Assembly: GCA_030141605.1 (NCBI GenBank)
Contig: JAQGDQ010000644.1
Location: 55,907-119,906, forward strand
Length of the DNA stretch: 64,000 nucleotides
Reading direction: 5' to 3'
Source: Tubiluchus corallicola
Taxonomy: Eukaryota; Animalia; Priapulida
This document shows, in pieces, positions 24,772-38,070 of the stretch. Position numbers and translations under genes: made by a program. The first letter of the stretch is position 1. Each line of letters starts with the position of its first letter. Under the pieces are notes generated by a model. It made no database searches. It worked only from the letters and a program-made list of their open reading frames with translations, and was not told where the DNA came from.

Positions 24772-27700
24772 TAAGAAAAAAGAACAAATAAATGAACTAA
24801 AGAAACGAATGAGTGAAGAGATACGTTTAGTTTGTCGTTTTGGTAGGATTAAAACTAAACTGTCACGATGCGAAATATCCTGCAATTTAAGACAAATTTG
24901 TCAAAACAAGGTTCTCAAAACCTCCTTTGAAAAGGCAATCCATTGTTATGACAAGTGATTTTAGCACTATTACATGTTCATTAAATCACCTTATGGCACT
25001 TCATAGAAGTTTTTTAGTTTTTCCTCTACAAAAAAGCGACGCCTGGCGGTCTGCAAATACTGCACTGAGAGTTTGTTAGACCGGAAGCTTGTCTTGACGA
25101 ATCAGGATCTGCTACTATTATATAGCCCGGAGATGTGAACAATCATTTCTGCAAATCAATAGAACCACTTTATTCGGACAGTTTGTTAGAATCTAAAAGA
25201 TTCGCATTTCTTCTTGCCGTTTCATAAGCTCCCAGGAACTGCAGGTTACGTCACGCAACTGCATGCTGTTATACGACGTATGATGGTTGCAGTTTAGGCT
25301 CAGTCATGTGAGAACTCTTGACATATGGCAGCTTCGTTAACTTATGTAAAGAGTTAAACTGTAGCCACCGCGGATTCCTGTTCGGCATTCTCGTGAAAGG
25401 CTGAGAAGCCATCTTCAACTGAGCAGAATTAAGCTTAAACCATGTCTACCTACCCTACTCTCTCTATTATAAGTAAGTTAAAATTGAAATATTTAAACAA
25501 TTGCAGTCCGGTATAAATACTCACTAAACGCAAACAAAATAAATAATTAAAAAACCTTAAAAATTTTGCCCTCCTCTGTGATTCGAACCCGAGTTTTACT
25601 AATATTACTCCAGTGTTTAAATTTTAATTGAAAGTGTTTGCTTAAATTGACAGCACACCGTAAAATTCATCTAGGATCAATATAAGCATTAAACTTTATT
25701 CAAAATTGAACAAAACTTGTTAAAACTCTACTGTACTCGTAAATGACCTTTTAAAAATTTAAAAAGGGTTTCATCGAGAGCGGAAACATTATTACGCCTA
25801 ATTGTAATCTCAATAATGAGAATATTAATCTTAACCTCCTCCAACCTGTACCCCGATTAAGATCAATGCACTCAACCATTTATCGGTATGATTTCTAACT
25901 GTTCCGCATTTGAAATCACTTAATTATCTTAATGTAATGTTTTAATAATCTTAATTTATTAATAAATTAATCTATTACGTGTCATTATTTTATTTTCTAA
26001 ATGGTATTACGTCATGCAGATGAAGAATTTAGACTGATGCAAATATTTTACGTCCGTATTTTCATTTCATTAATTTGCTAATATTTAGCTATACATAATC
26101 AGTAAAATCAATAAAAGTACTCATTGTTAACAATAAATTTTGAAAGAAAAAGAAAGTTCTTTGGATTTGAAAAATATTCTACGCAATTTTTGTTATCTGC
26201 AAAACATTCTTCAGTTAAACAAAATTTTCTTTAATTCCTTTTATTCTTGCAAAATTCATTATTAACAATAAATAATTTTATTCATTTTCTAGTTGAATTT
26301 GTAGTTTTAAGTTTTAAGAATACTTTTCTTTACAAAATGCGTTGTTTTCTTTCTTTTTCACTACTAACTCGTCTACAATCTTCTAAATCTAATTCGTGTA
26401 AAAATTCAAATTTACTTCCCAACAAATTTACTTCACAAAATACTGCAAAACATGTACTTCGTGAAATATGTGTGGGGCACATGCGCTCAGCTACAGTAAT
26501 TACTAGCTGGATGTATTAATAAAGCCGCCTTCTGGCTCAAATTATCTCATTTCCGACGTTTTAAGAGTTAACAGAATGATGGATAGTCTTGCAGAAATGG
26601 CTAAAAATTAAGTTGAAACACAAAGATTCGTTGCAGGCATATTGGCACAGGTGCTAACAAGAACCTATAGATACATATGAGTGCCGACGTAACGTAATAT
26701 GAAACTGTGCATTTGTCTTCATTACCCATGGACTGCCTAAAAGGAAAACCGAACGCTTATGTAGACATTATTTCAATATAAAGTATGCTCTAAATACTAA
26801 AAATTACAACAGCTTTTTTTAAATCAAAGCGTTGATTAAATAGTAATTACATCGGATAGTTAAATTTTGTTAAACTTTTAAAGCTATGCGCGACTCAGGG
26901 AACCCCCAAAGCATGGCAATGGCGACTTTCGTCACATTCGCGAGGCCGACAAGTAGGCGCGGTACCGTGATAAGCATGATCATTAACTGCTGTGTTCGCC
27001 TGTGGCGTCAGTGTGAATGTAGCTCATTTTCGTGACATCACATCAGCGTCTTATAGCAATCTTCGGTTACTCACACGTGCCTGGACACAGGGAAAATACC
27101 TACCATTGCACAAACTGTGGCTAGTTTGTGACGTGACCGATAGCTGTGTTCGGTTGCCGCTAACGTTCCAAGCTAATTATTTAAATATAAGAAGAAATCC
27201 CTAACTTTTATAGGCAAGAAAATATATATTTTATACAGTAAATTAAAATGAGACCGAGTATAATCAATCGTCTGGTTTTCCTTTAAAATTTAGGAGATTT
27301 GGCGGAAAAACTCCTGAGAGGAGCAGCTAGAGCTGCAGGTTCATTATTGACAAATGACTACGCAAAACGCATGTAGCGTATTTGTAAAATGAACAGAATG
27401 TGTATTCATTCTGCCAGCTAGGCTATCAACGGTCATATTTCACTTCTTCTGAAGTGGAAGATGAACCGACACAAACAAGAAAATCGCTTGAGAGTCTCTC
27501 TTCGTAAATCCTGTTGAGCAATAGCTTGGTTTAAAATCGAAACCCTTTTTTCCAGAGTTTATAGTGAACCGTGTGCTCGCCGATAGGTTGTTGAAAAACG
27601 TGCACATCAAAGTTTTATTGTAACCAAGAATATTGGATACTTAAAAAGAAAATTTCCTGCAAACTTCGAAATAACCACATTCACATGGACTTCTTGATTG

Positions 27701-29528
27701 TTCTTACTGACGTCATGCGTCACATGCCACGTACCACCAGTGTTGCTACTGCTGCCGATTCTACTACTTTTTTGTTGCTGCTGTTGTTGACGTTTTTAAA
27801 GCCGCTGGTGGCGTTACTGTTGCCGTTGCTGTTGCTGCTGGGTTTTCTATTTATTCTGTTGTTGTGCTATTGTTGCCATTTACAATGCTGTTGTTGTTGC
27901 CATTGTTATTGTTGCTCATACTGTTCCAATTGCTGGTGCATTGCTATTACTGTTACTTTTGCATACTGCTATTGTTGGTGTAAAAGTGGCAATAAAGATG
28001 GCAATGTAACAAGAGTTGTAAAGGTTCTGCAGCTGTTGTTGCTGCTGCAGCTGTTATTATCGTTATTGTGTAGTTGTTGCTCTTGCTTTTGGTGTCTTAG
28101 TGTGTAGTAGTGGTGTCGGTGACAGTAGCAACTACAGTGGACATCATTGTGGAGATATTGCTCCTGTAGCTCAGCGGCTTTTGCAACTCAAAAATAGTTG
28201 TTTTTGCCCAGTACACGTTTTCGTATTTTTTCACGTAGTTTAACTGCTTTCAAAACTCATTGTTGCTTTGAATTTGCAACAGCTATCCCATTTATTCCAT
28301 TTATCCCATGTGTTATCCCATTTAATTTTTACTAATTATTAGAGTTAAACTCTTTTCAGAGTTGTTAAATAATATTAACAGTTGTGTATTTAACGTGTAT
28401 GCTTCTCTGGGAAATACTACTTTTGATGATATATCTCCCAGTACTGTTCCTTATGCTTTTGTATTTTCTAAGCTATAGCCTGTCGGTGAGCTGATAGTAT
28501 TAACATCTTGACGTTCTGACTGAAACTCAGCACTAAACATGAGAAAAAACTGTTCATCTGATCCGCTTCGTACAAAATGCTGCTGTAAATAACTTCGTCG
28601 AACTTTGAAGATAAAATGAGGCTCATCTGCTTCATTACAAGAAAAACAAAACTTTCTGGTTACGTAATTTCACAACCAATGTTTTGATTGTCAATAAAAG
28701 CTACTTGGTATTGATATTTTAGCATTAAAGAGTTTAAAACTCTAAAAACTGTCAATATTCACGTAAACCAAGATTTTCTTATTCGGACCAGTAGAGGTCA
28801 TTTTACTTTAATTTAATTTATTTTAATTAAAAATGCTAAAAATCACGCTTTCCAGGCGCAAACAAATAACCATGAACCAAAGTTTTCATGTTTAATTTCT
28901 TGTCATATTTTAAAATTTCGAATTTTTATACAGCAACGTAATATTGTAATAATATTTAGGCTATGGGCTCAACATTACATACAGCCATTATAATGATAAT
29001 ACGTTTAATCTGTCAAAGAACTCGAACAAATCAAAGTGGCCATAAAATGTAATAAATTCACTACCTTTTATCTCCAAATCAAGTCACAGGGATTCGTATG
29101 TTCCATAGCTGCAGTGTCGAAATGTTTTGCCTTTAATCAACAGATTTAGCCTATAACATTTGTTCTGCTAGAGGGCAAATTACTTGATGAAAAAATGCAT
29201 TACTTTGAAAACTTTGAAAATTGTTTGCTCACTTTGCAAGTGTAACCTTGTGTTATGCACCTACTCCATTGTAAAGTATAAATTTTAGGTATTTCACAAA
29301 GCTTATAATTTACAAATCGCTCTAAAGATATGAAACGTATGCTTGCAAAATTTTCAGTTTCTTTATCAGCTTTGGTAAATATATAACCTGAAATTTAAGT
29401 GAAATTGTGAATATTATAACTAATCCAGTGAGGTTTACTAATTTCATTTTTGAGAACTCCGTGTATTCATTTTGACGCCATGCTACCTTGTAATAAGAAG
29501 TTGTAATACAACCAATTTATATACACAT

Positions 29529-29821
29529 TGTACTAAGTAAGTAGTTAACAGAAGCCAAATAGGTAATGATTAAACAGACCTGAAGGAAAGAAACTGATAC
29601 AGTAACAAACAGCTAACTGTTTGAAAGTCGTTGATTTCCTTTATTTTCCAACACTTAGCTATTTCTTACTGCATCAATTTCTTTTCTTCAGGTCTGCTTA
29701 ATCATTATCTATTTGTCTTATGTAAAAATACATAATTAGTGTTTAAGTTGATGTATCAATTTCTTTACTAGTCTGTTTATTCATTACCTATTTGGCTTCT
29801 GTTAACTACTTAATTAGTGCA
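29529..29821. mobile_element. Foldback MITE with about 50-bp TIRs and a duplicated right arm
   Basis: 29529-29579 (TGTACTAAGTAAGTAGTTAACAGAAGCCAAATAGGTAATGATTAAACAGAC) pairs with 29771-29821; a second, more degenerate right arm lies at about 29666-29742. Confidence 0.75.
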
Positions 29822-31087
29822 TAATAGGCCCTGCCTCTATTAACTGCTTGTATGTTAGTAAATTTACGACTGATGACAGCAGCAGTCTGTCGAAACGTTC
29901 GGCATGATTTTAACCTTTTAATGTAAAAGTCTTAATAAAGTTGTGTTGTTTTTAACTATAATTGTAATCAGTTAAGTTAATGTGTTAAGTTACTAACAAT
30001 TAGGCCTATTTGTCTAGACCAACTTTAAACAGAAGAACTAGAATGTCGTAATTATCATGTTGCAAAGTGTTTTACTGCAGATAGTAGACCTCTGTATGCG
30101 CCAGTAGTAACAAGGAACAGATGCGTTGTGGGTCAAACATGACTCTTCCTCAAAAATGGGACTAAATAGCTTTGGTACATCAGCTGTTAATTGGCGGAGT
30201 TCAGTGCAAGTTTAACACGGTCAGAAAATATTAAGTTGACTATAGCAGTTCAATAGTTGTTGCAATTATTAATGTAACTGAGCCGCCAATGCGTTAGATT
30301 TTGCAATAACCAAAGAATTCAAAATTTCTCTATATATTTTTCAGCATCATTTACTGTACTGATCATTAAAAACATGTCATAATGCATAGACACCATGCTA
30401 TTATACTACAATTACATACATAAACAAAAGAACAACAAAATACAAAAGTACAAAACAGAGCTGTTACATTATAGCTATAGAGCCAAAAAAGTCATAACAA
30501 ATAACAAATTTACATAAGTTTAGTATAGATACACTTAGCGTATCATGAAAAAATAATAAATAATGTTGCATGTTAACACTATTTACTCCCTTTTTTTAAA
30601 ACACTTAAAAATGTAATAGGCGACTATGTTGGTTATATCGCAGTCGTTACCCCACGCCCCGCCCATTGTGAATTTTAGCTTTTCATTATTGTTCAAATTA
30701 ATGAAATTTATATTGATGATTGATTGCTATATCAGAATAAAAAGATTGTCTTAACCGGTTGTAGAATGAGCAGTAAAACTATTTCCTCTTCTACCTGTTG
30801 GCTGTCACAATCCTGACAAATTCTCATGTTCACAAGGACTTTAGGTTGTTGGTGTCATCGTGCATGTATACTGAATACCTCAGAAACCAGCACTCAGTTT
30901 TATCTGTAATTACGATAATGTGACAAGAGCCCAATTAGCTTTCCATTTCTGCTCAAGACTTTTACAACCGTGTAAATTATACACCACGACGACAGCGCCA
31001 CCACCACAAGCTGCGTCTTTCAATTTGTCGTCGTTTTCAAAGGCAAATAATTGATGCTTTACTGACCAGCTGATATTGTATTTTCAG

Positions 31088-31224
31088 GTCTAGCCTCTTT
31101 TGCAGAAGAGCGTCTAGTTGAAAACTTGTTCAAAGGCTATAATCGTCTGGTGAGACCCGTGGAGAACATCTCTGACATTGTTACTGTTGGTTTTGGTTTG
31201 GCGCTAATTCAAATTATCAACGTT
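31088..31224 (+). CDS. nAChRbeta1: nAChR gene 2 (beta1-type non-alpha subunit), mature N-terminal exon
   Basis: ttttcag|[47 protein letters not shown]|gtaagt; matches the EERLVxxLFxGYNxLxRPV...FGLAxxQxINV pattern of invertebrate beta1. Confidence 0.92.
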
Positions 31225-32064
31225 GTAAGTACGTTTGTGACTGGAATACTCGAGTGACTTTTCTTAAAGTGAAGGTCGATAATAGTAATAGACATCATTT
31301 TATTGCATTTTAATCAAACTGCATTTGCTTTCCTTTGCGTTCATAAAATGGAAATTGAATTAACAGTAATCATTGCACTACATGATTTTGTTGGCCCAGT
31401 TTTTTTTCTACACAGCAAAATTTTATACTCTGCCGGGTATACGCATGCGCATTTTGTGCGTCTAGACTGGCCTGGCTTGCTAAACTCTACTAAGCGTTTA
31501 TAATTTTATTACTAGGACTAGGGTCTACAATTAGGATCCCCTACGACATAATTGCAGACCCTGGCCCTACTAATAAAATACCATTGCATACCCAGAGAAC
31601 ATAGGGCTCTCGAGCCGCTTTTATTGATTGCAAAACAATTTTTCTTGTCGTTTAGGTATCTAATGCAAATATACTGATCACCTTTCAATTGCAACATAGC
31701 AGTCGGGCAAGGTTATTTGTATTTATGTACTTCATGAAATTGTTGCTCATTTTCTTCAAACAAAAATATTTTTTAACTAACGTAATTCATGAAATTCGCT
31801 ATTATTCTAAACCAGCAATATACACATGTAGATTATACATGGTTGTTGAACAAACACAATTAAGAATTTAATTAGTATATTTGTTATTGCAGTTGAGCAA
31901 CCAAATGCTTTTTCTGACACTGATACATTTTGTTGCCTGTTAAGGCTCAGAACTACTAATTATATTTACAAACTTTCTGAATTCAACGCTGGCTTATAAT
32001 GTAACACTTGCCTACTACTATTAATGGCGTGTATATTTTAACAATCAGCAATTTACATTTTTAG

Positions 32065-32109
32065 GATGAGAAAAACCAGATATTGAAAACTAACGTTTGG
32101 GAAAGATAT
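32065..32109 (+). CDS. nAChRbeta1: nAChR gene 2, 45-nt loop D exon
   Basis: ttttag|DEKNQILKTNVWERY|gtaagt; canonical 45-nt exon. Confidence 0.93.
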
Positions 32110-34120
32110 GTAAGTAAAAATTAACGACTGCTGATTTACAGTTTCATAAATAATACTGTGAAACGATATTCAAATATAAATGTTTATGAAATTACTGTAC
32201 CTATCTTACTGTACATAAACGAACTGCTTATTGAACTGAACAATAAATATGTTTAATAATTTTTACAGGTGAAATGTAGAACTGCCAGCATGCAATACAT
32301 GCCTTAAGTTGTATCAGCTTTGATGTACAGACTTTGTTACCGTATATTTGTTAACCTTAGTAACCATAAACCTATACAATTTAGTACAACGTGATAATTT
32401 AGTAACAACTAATGCAATTATTAGTACAGTAAATTTAGTCTGCTATAACGAAATGAAACACAGATTCCTTAAAGCCACACACACTAACCCAAACCGTATA
32501 CAACCACACCACGGATCCGGAGTCATCAGGAGGAAGCTGACCAGGATTTGAGCCACCGTTGCTTTTCCTCTACCCTCAGCGTCGGGTTGAGGCATATTTT
32601 AAGTTTATAAGTTTACTTCAGAAAGAAAATTATTCTTCTGTTTCAAGTTCTAATTAAACACAAGGCGTTGTTAATACAAACCATACCTTTAAACACCGTT
32701 AGTTGTGTTGCCTTTGAATTGTCTAGCCCATATGATCTATTTTCATATCCTTATTAATAAGTGTTAATGGTAAATGCGTTGCTCGGTTTATATACGGAAT
32801 TCATTTACATTTTTTTTTGATGTCTCATTCCTGCAAAATGCTTTTTGTGTTGTCTCAAAAACTGAAACTGTTAGATAGTTAATTTTTTTAACTGGGGCTG
32901 GTGTTGGCTTCTTGTAAATAGAAAAGTTGTCTGATCTGCATTTATGTTACTTAGTTGCAAGTTAATTGTAGCTATGATGCTTTTTTTCATGTATATTCAT
33001 TCGCTGGACCATACTGCTGGAAAAAATCGTGATAGCAGAATTCTAACATTAGATGACGTAGCGAAATTTAGTACACGTTTAAAACACACAATAATCTGTA
33101 CCCTTCCTTCTATGCAAATCCAATAAAACATGCTCAATCAAATTATGGTACAGGATACAATGGATATTATAGTACTAATATCATAATTCTAATGAAATAT
33201 TCCTTTCAGCAGAACAAATGTTGCAAAGCATTTTATCAATTATCAAAGATCTTAACTGTGGAACGAAGTTAATTAAGGTGACAACCAGCATTGGAAAAAG
33301 TGCATAATTCCTATTTTGATGAATTTCTTCTTAAGTCCAGTTTCCCTTTCACTGCAGCAGCCACATACTGTATATACTAGCATTTATATTTTATTTCGTG
33401 AGATTTCATGCCTTAAAGGAAATGATTTCAAAACAATATTGTTATCATACAACATCTATCATCCTTCCACCACCTCGCCCATTCTTCATTGTACAAACCC
33501 TTATATTCTACTTCTCCCCCCTCATAATTCCACTACCAGGTTAGACTTACAAAGCTCAGCTTCTGACTACTCTGCATCAAAAGATGCTACAAAGTTCTAC
33601 TAACTGTATTCTGTATTTTTGTAATACTAGATACTACTATACTAACACTCAAGATAGTACTACACTAACACTACACTTAAAATTCAAAATTTTGAATGAT
33701 TACATTTAGACTTTATAATATTTACAATTTAAATTTTGATGAATTTTGAATTTTGGAGAGTAGTCAGAAATAAAGCAACACATTCATTTAATGAGCATGC
33801 AACCCCACTATTATTTAGTCAACGTGCAGTAAAGTGAGAAACGTGTGCTGGAAAATAATAGGGTTCGATGTGAAAAGACCTTAACTGGTCTGCCGCATAG
33901 TTATGCTGACAACAATTTAAGTGTTTGACTTCAAGCACTCTCAATGTTTTGAGCAGAATGAGTTGAGGGAAACCAGACTAGCACATCTCTGTAATTTACA
34001 ACTTCGCAGCCCACACCCGCCACAGTTGATCTGTCTGGTGGGATGTTACACAGGTTTATTTATAGATAAATAGAGAATGAGGCGCTATGAAAACAAAAAA
34101 TGTAATTTTTTTATCTTTAG

Positions 34121-34230
34121 GGGTGGTATGACTACCAACTGCGATGGGACCCGGCTGAATATAGTGGTATTAATTCACTTAGGGTAGCGGCAGACAAAGT
34201 ATGGATACCTGATATTGTGCTATTCAATAA
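34121..34230 (+). CDS. nAChRbeta1: nAChR gene 2, 110-nt loop A exon
   Basis: ctttag|[36 protein letters not shown]-aa|gtaaga. Confidence 0.94.
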
Positions 34231-34271
34231 GTAAGACAATAATTTTTCTTCTACACTGTGATGTCTAAGAA

Positions 34272-34885
34272 CAGTGGCGGCTCGTGTATAGGTACTGTAG
34301 TACTGCAGCACCCCATGTTTTCACTCATTATTATCGAAAATATTCAATATAATAAGACATTTTTCTTTGGTTCTTTTTTATGCTTGTACGGAACCGGGAG
34401 CATGTGAGGGGAAGTTGCTTCACAGCTCCAGCAACATGGCGTTTGGCTGTTGTGCGCATGCGGGCATGCGCACATCACTGAGATAACACGCTATTCGCTA
34501 GCGTCTGCTGCGATGTAGAAAAGTACTGTCTCGAACACAGTAACAATTGCCACGTGCTTACCGTGTACCGTCATATTCATGGATGTGATAAATTTTAAAC
34601 TTAGCGTGTGTGCTTAAAACATAAATTATTTAATACTGGACGCCTTGCATCCCCAAGAAATAAGTTCTGTGACAGTAAGTGAACCACAACAGCTTAATTT
34701 TTCACAGTTGTCCCTCCATGCGAAAGTTGCAGTTAAGAAAACAGGCCGTTCAACACCTGATCTTCAAATATAACTTCAACATTAAAATTACATACGTTTG
34801 TTACGTTTTGCACACAGTATCAAAACAATGACTAAAAATTTTCTGAAGCAGCACCCCCACTACTTTTAACTACGAGCCACCACTG
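34272..34885. mobile_element. hAT-like MITE (614 bp)
   Basis: TIRs CAGTGGCGGCTCGT / ACGAGCCACCACTG (13/14 match); flanks TCTAAGAA and TCTAAGCT (6/8) consistent with a decayed 8-bp TSD. Confidence 0.8.
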
Positions 34886-35460
34886 TCTAAGCTCGAGTTA
34901 CTATAAAGGTTGTAACTTGTCTTCATGTCTGACCCAATAAACCGTTATTATTAAGTTTTCAAGCGGCGTGAAATAAATATGATAGCATTCAGCATGACCT
35001 TTCTCATTTTTTACGAAAATTATGTTTTTCATATCAGTTTCAATTCGTTTTGTTTGCTTTGTTGCGAATTTAAAAGGCTGACTATGACGATGTTACAACT
35101 GAGACTTAATAGTTGTCTTCTGTGATTACCTGTAGATTGGACTAGATCTTACATTGTGAGTAATGTGAACTTTAAACAAATTTTACAAGAATAATTATAT
35201 GGGAAACATGAAGTACAAAAAAATTGACTAACTATATTTGGGGGAACACGTTTGGGTTGTTCAGTGATCTTAGCGAGCCGATACTGTAGGCGTCGGGTTG
35301 ATTGACACCGACGAACACCATGGACCAGACACCGACGAACACCATGGACCATTCGTCCATGTAGTGTTAATCTTATAAAGAAATAATTGTCATTTGATTT
35401 CGTATATTACTGCTTAACCATTTATTAGAATTTTATTAAATTTTATGTATTTTACTATAG

Positions 35461-36430
35461 CGCTGATGGAAACTACGAAGTTAGTTTCAAATGTAACGTG
35501 GTCATATCCAGCAATGGCCATGTGCTATGGGTACCTCCAGCCATCTTCCAGAGCTCCTGTACCATTGACGTCACCTACTTTCCTTTTGACGAACAAAAAT
35601 GTGAGATGAAGTTTGGTTCATGGACGTTCAACGGTGATCAAGTTCAGTTAAAATTTTACGAAGGGAAGAGCCACGTGGACCTCAACGATTACGTCAAGAG
35701 TGGTACATGGGACGTCGTCGCCGTTCCGGCAACGTTACATTATAATAACTCCCGCGACAAAGTGACGAACGAACCTCGAACTCCAGTGATCAAATACAGC
35801 GTGCGAATCAGACGTAAAACACTTTTCTACACCGTGAATTTAGTGATACCTTGTGTGTTGTTGTCGTTTTTGAGTGTGCTTGTTTTTTACCTGCCAGTTG
35901 ACTGTGGTGAAAAGATGACATTGGCTATATCATTGTTGCTAGCGTTAGTCGTTTTTTTACTCTTAGTGTCAAAGATTTTACCCCCAACGTCACTAACTAT
36001 ACCGCTAGTAGCAAAGTATCTACTTTTCACGTTTATAATGAATATTATCACAATTCTTGTCACAGTCATCATCATCAACTGGAACTTTAGAGGTCCCACA
36101 ACTCATCGCATGCCAAAGTGGTTTCGTTTAGTGTTTATACAAATACTGCCGAAATTCTTGTGCATAACAAGACCTGTGAAAGATCCCAGTGATAGTGGGG
36201 CGAATTTTGGTAGTGGTTGTAATCTAAAATACTCAAACTTAACCACACATAGTGATATGATGGAACTGACAAATCTGCACCACCCAAAATGTAAGCATGG
36301 ACAAAGGGGTGGTGACAAGGACCACGCCCACAATGGTGATACAATATTGTTGTCAGCTGAGGCACACAGGACTGCTTCAGCTATAGATTTCATTGCAGAG
36401 CATTTGAGAATGGAAGATGAAGTATCAGAG
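35461..36430 (+). CDS. nAChRbeta1: nAChR gene 2, large exon (Cys-loop to the end of the intracellular loop)
   Basis: tactatag|c-ADGNYEV...WVPPAIFQSSCTIDVTYFPFDEQKC...KFGSWTFNGDQV...GEKMTLAISLLLALVVFLLLVSKILPPTSL...INWNFRGP...LHHPKC...FIAEHLRMEDEVSE|gtaaca; 970 nt; no loop C vicinal cysteines. Confidence 0.97.
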
Positions 36431-36918
36431 GTAACAGTTTCTTCGACATAATGATCTCGGTGGCAGTTTGTAAGAATTCAAAAATTAAGCTAGGTTTAAA
36501 ATTGAATGCTTATACACAAAACACAATAACTAGATCAATCCAAGTCCGTAAGACCAGCCTAAAGTTAAATCATAATTATGTAAATCTGCAAGACAACTGA
36601 TTTATTTTTGGTGAACCTGATTCTCGGTAATGCTACCAAAACAACAGTTATTGTTGATGACACTGACAATGTTCTAAAACAGCATTGAAACTGCATCGAA
36701 ACGTAAGCAATAACGAGCCTATCAACTATAACTGTTGTTTTGGTTGCACTATTGAAACTGCAAGGTACTCTTGCATGTACCTAACAGCCCTAACCGGCAG
36801 TCAATGGATCTCAGGCGCTGGACATGCCACACAAGCCATAAGTTACGCACCCCTATTGCAAGGCAAACTGGATAAGTGCACTAGTTTGCTAAGTGCAGCT
36901 TTATCCATTTCGTATTTC

Positions 36919-36937
36919 TAATACGTAATAATAATAC

Positions 36938-37001
<64 letters not shown>
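36919..37001. repeat. (AAT)n microsatellite
   Basis: Directly visible. Confidence 0.93.
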
Positions 37002-37003
<2 letters not shown>

Positions 37004-37536
37004 GTGGTAATGGTTAAGATCGGTAATGCATATGATTATCTTGTATCTGTTGGAGATGTGTCTTCTATTAGTTGCCTTATTTGAGTCTTACTATTAGTGA
37101 AAGAAAAAATATCGAATTAAATCCTAAATTATCTTTATAAAACGTTTAGTGAATTTTTGGTTAGATTAATTATGTAGTCGTCATTTATGTATCGTTATTT
37201 GGTCAACTTATTTAGTGTAAAAATTCCAGACATAAATTTAGCGCATTATATCTAACTAGGGTCTATCTATTTTGCATAATATCTATCTATCTAAGTGTTT
37301 ATCTATCTATCATTACATCTTTAAGGATTGTAACTAAATTTCTGAGTGAAATTTTCTTGATTATACTAGAGACCAATTCCTACCAGAGACATCTATCGAT
37401 AACTTAAGTAACTCTTGCCCCCCATTTTCAAGACATGTCAGTAATTGTTCAAGACTTTTACTTTCAACCTCAAATTTTAGGATTTCATGTAAAAATACCC
37501 GTGATTTTTAATCACATAGCCGAATTAATTCATTAA

Positions 37537-37883
37537 AGGGGAAGAAGAGGGCATTCTAAAGTGTTAGTATCACAAAAAAACGCCACTGGTAAAACGGCAC
37601 AACATCGCCATCCCAGGGTGCACCACTAATTCTCCAAAACACATTATTGACCTTATGGACAAATTAAAGTAATTTAGACTTTTAGTTAGTGTAATGTGCG
37701 CTACGAATGCTCTATTTTTTAATTTTACCCAACGTTATTTAAACTTGTTTCAAACGACTTTTTGTTAAAATGGCTGTGACACAGCATTTCTACTAACGCA
37801 AGTTCTGTAAGCAATACGACAATTTTTCAAAATTCCAAGACGAATTTTAAAGCTTTGTTTTATAAAGAGTGTTTTCTTCTCAT
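37537..37883 (+). mobile_element. Family B MITE copy in the last intron of gene 2
   Basis: TTAA(37533-37536)-AGGGGAAGAAGAGGG start; shares CAGGGTGCACCACT, GCGCTACGAATGCTCT and CAAGACGAATTTT with the 19519 copy; degenerate end TTCTTCTCAT-TTAA(37884-37887). Confidence 0.65.
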
Positions 37884-37908
37884 TTAAATAAATTTATTTC
37901 TGTTGCAG

Positions 37909-38070
37909 ATAAAAGAAGACTGGCAGTATATTGCCATGGTGATTGACAGGCTTCTGCTGTACATATTCTTCGCTGTGACCGCGGCTGGTACAGCTGCAAT
38001 TATGCTCAATCCCAATGCTGATATTTTCAAATACATAGATCAAGATCAAGTAATCGCAGACAACAAATGA
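37909..38070 (+). CDS. nAChRbeta1: nAChR gene 2, terminal exon (M4)
   Basis: gttgcag|IKEDWQYIAMVIDRLLLYIFFAVTAAGTAAIMLNPNADIFKYIDQDQVIADNK-TGA; beta1-type IFxYxDQD tail. Confidence 0.95.
   Translation: MKEDWQYIAMVIDRLLLYIFFAVTAAGTAAIMLNPNADIFKYIDQDQVIADNK

Noticed and set aside
25575-25595. tRNA gene (GGGTTCGAATC on the minus strand)
   Set aside because: Isolated B-box-like motif without an A box or cloverleaf.
27685-28107. 140-aa Leu/Cys-rich membrane protein
   Set aside because: Lies on a degenerate (TGT/TGC/TTG)n repeat; no recognisable domain or splice support.
28399-28494. Hydrophobic ORF MLLWEILLLMIYLPVLFLMLLYFLSYSLS|gtgagc as gene 2 exon 1
   Set aside because: The donor is phase 0, whereas the acceptor at 31088 requires phase 1.
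31101-31110. Alternative acceptor TTTGCAG|AA at 31106
   Set aside because: Same phase as 31088, but it would remove the predicted cleavage site and, with the candidate exon 1 ending in T, create TAA.
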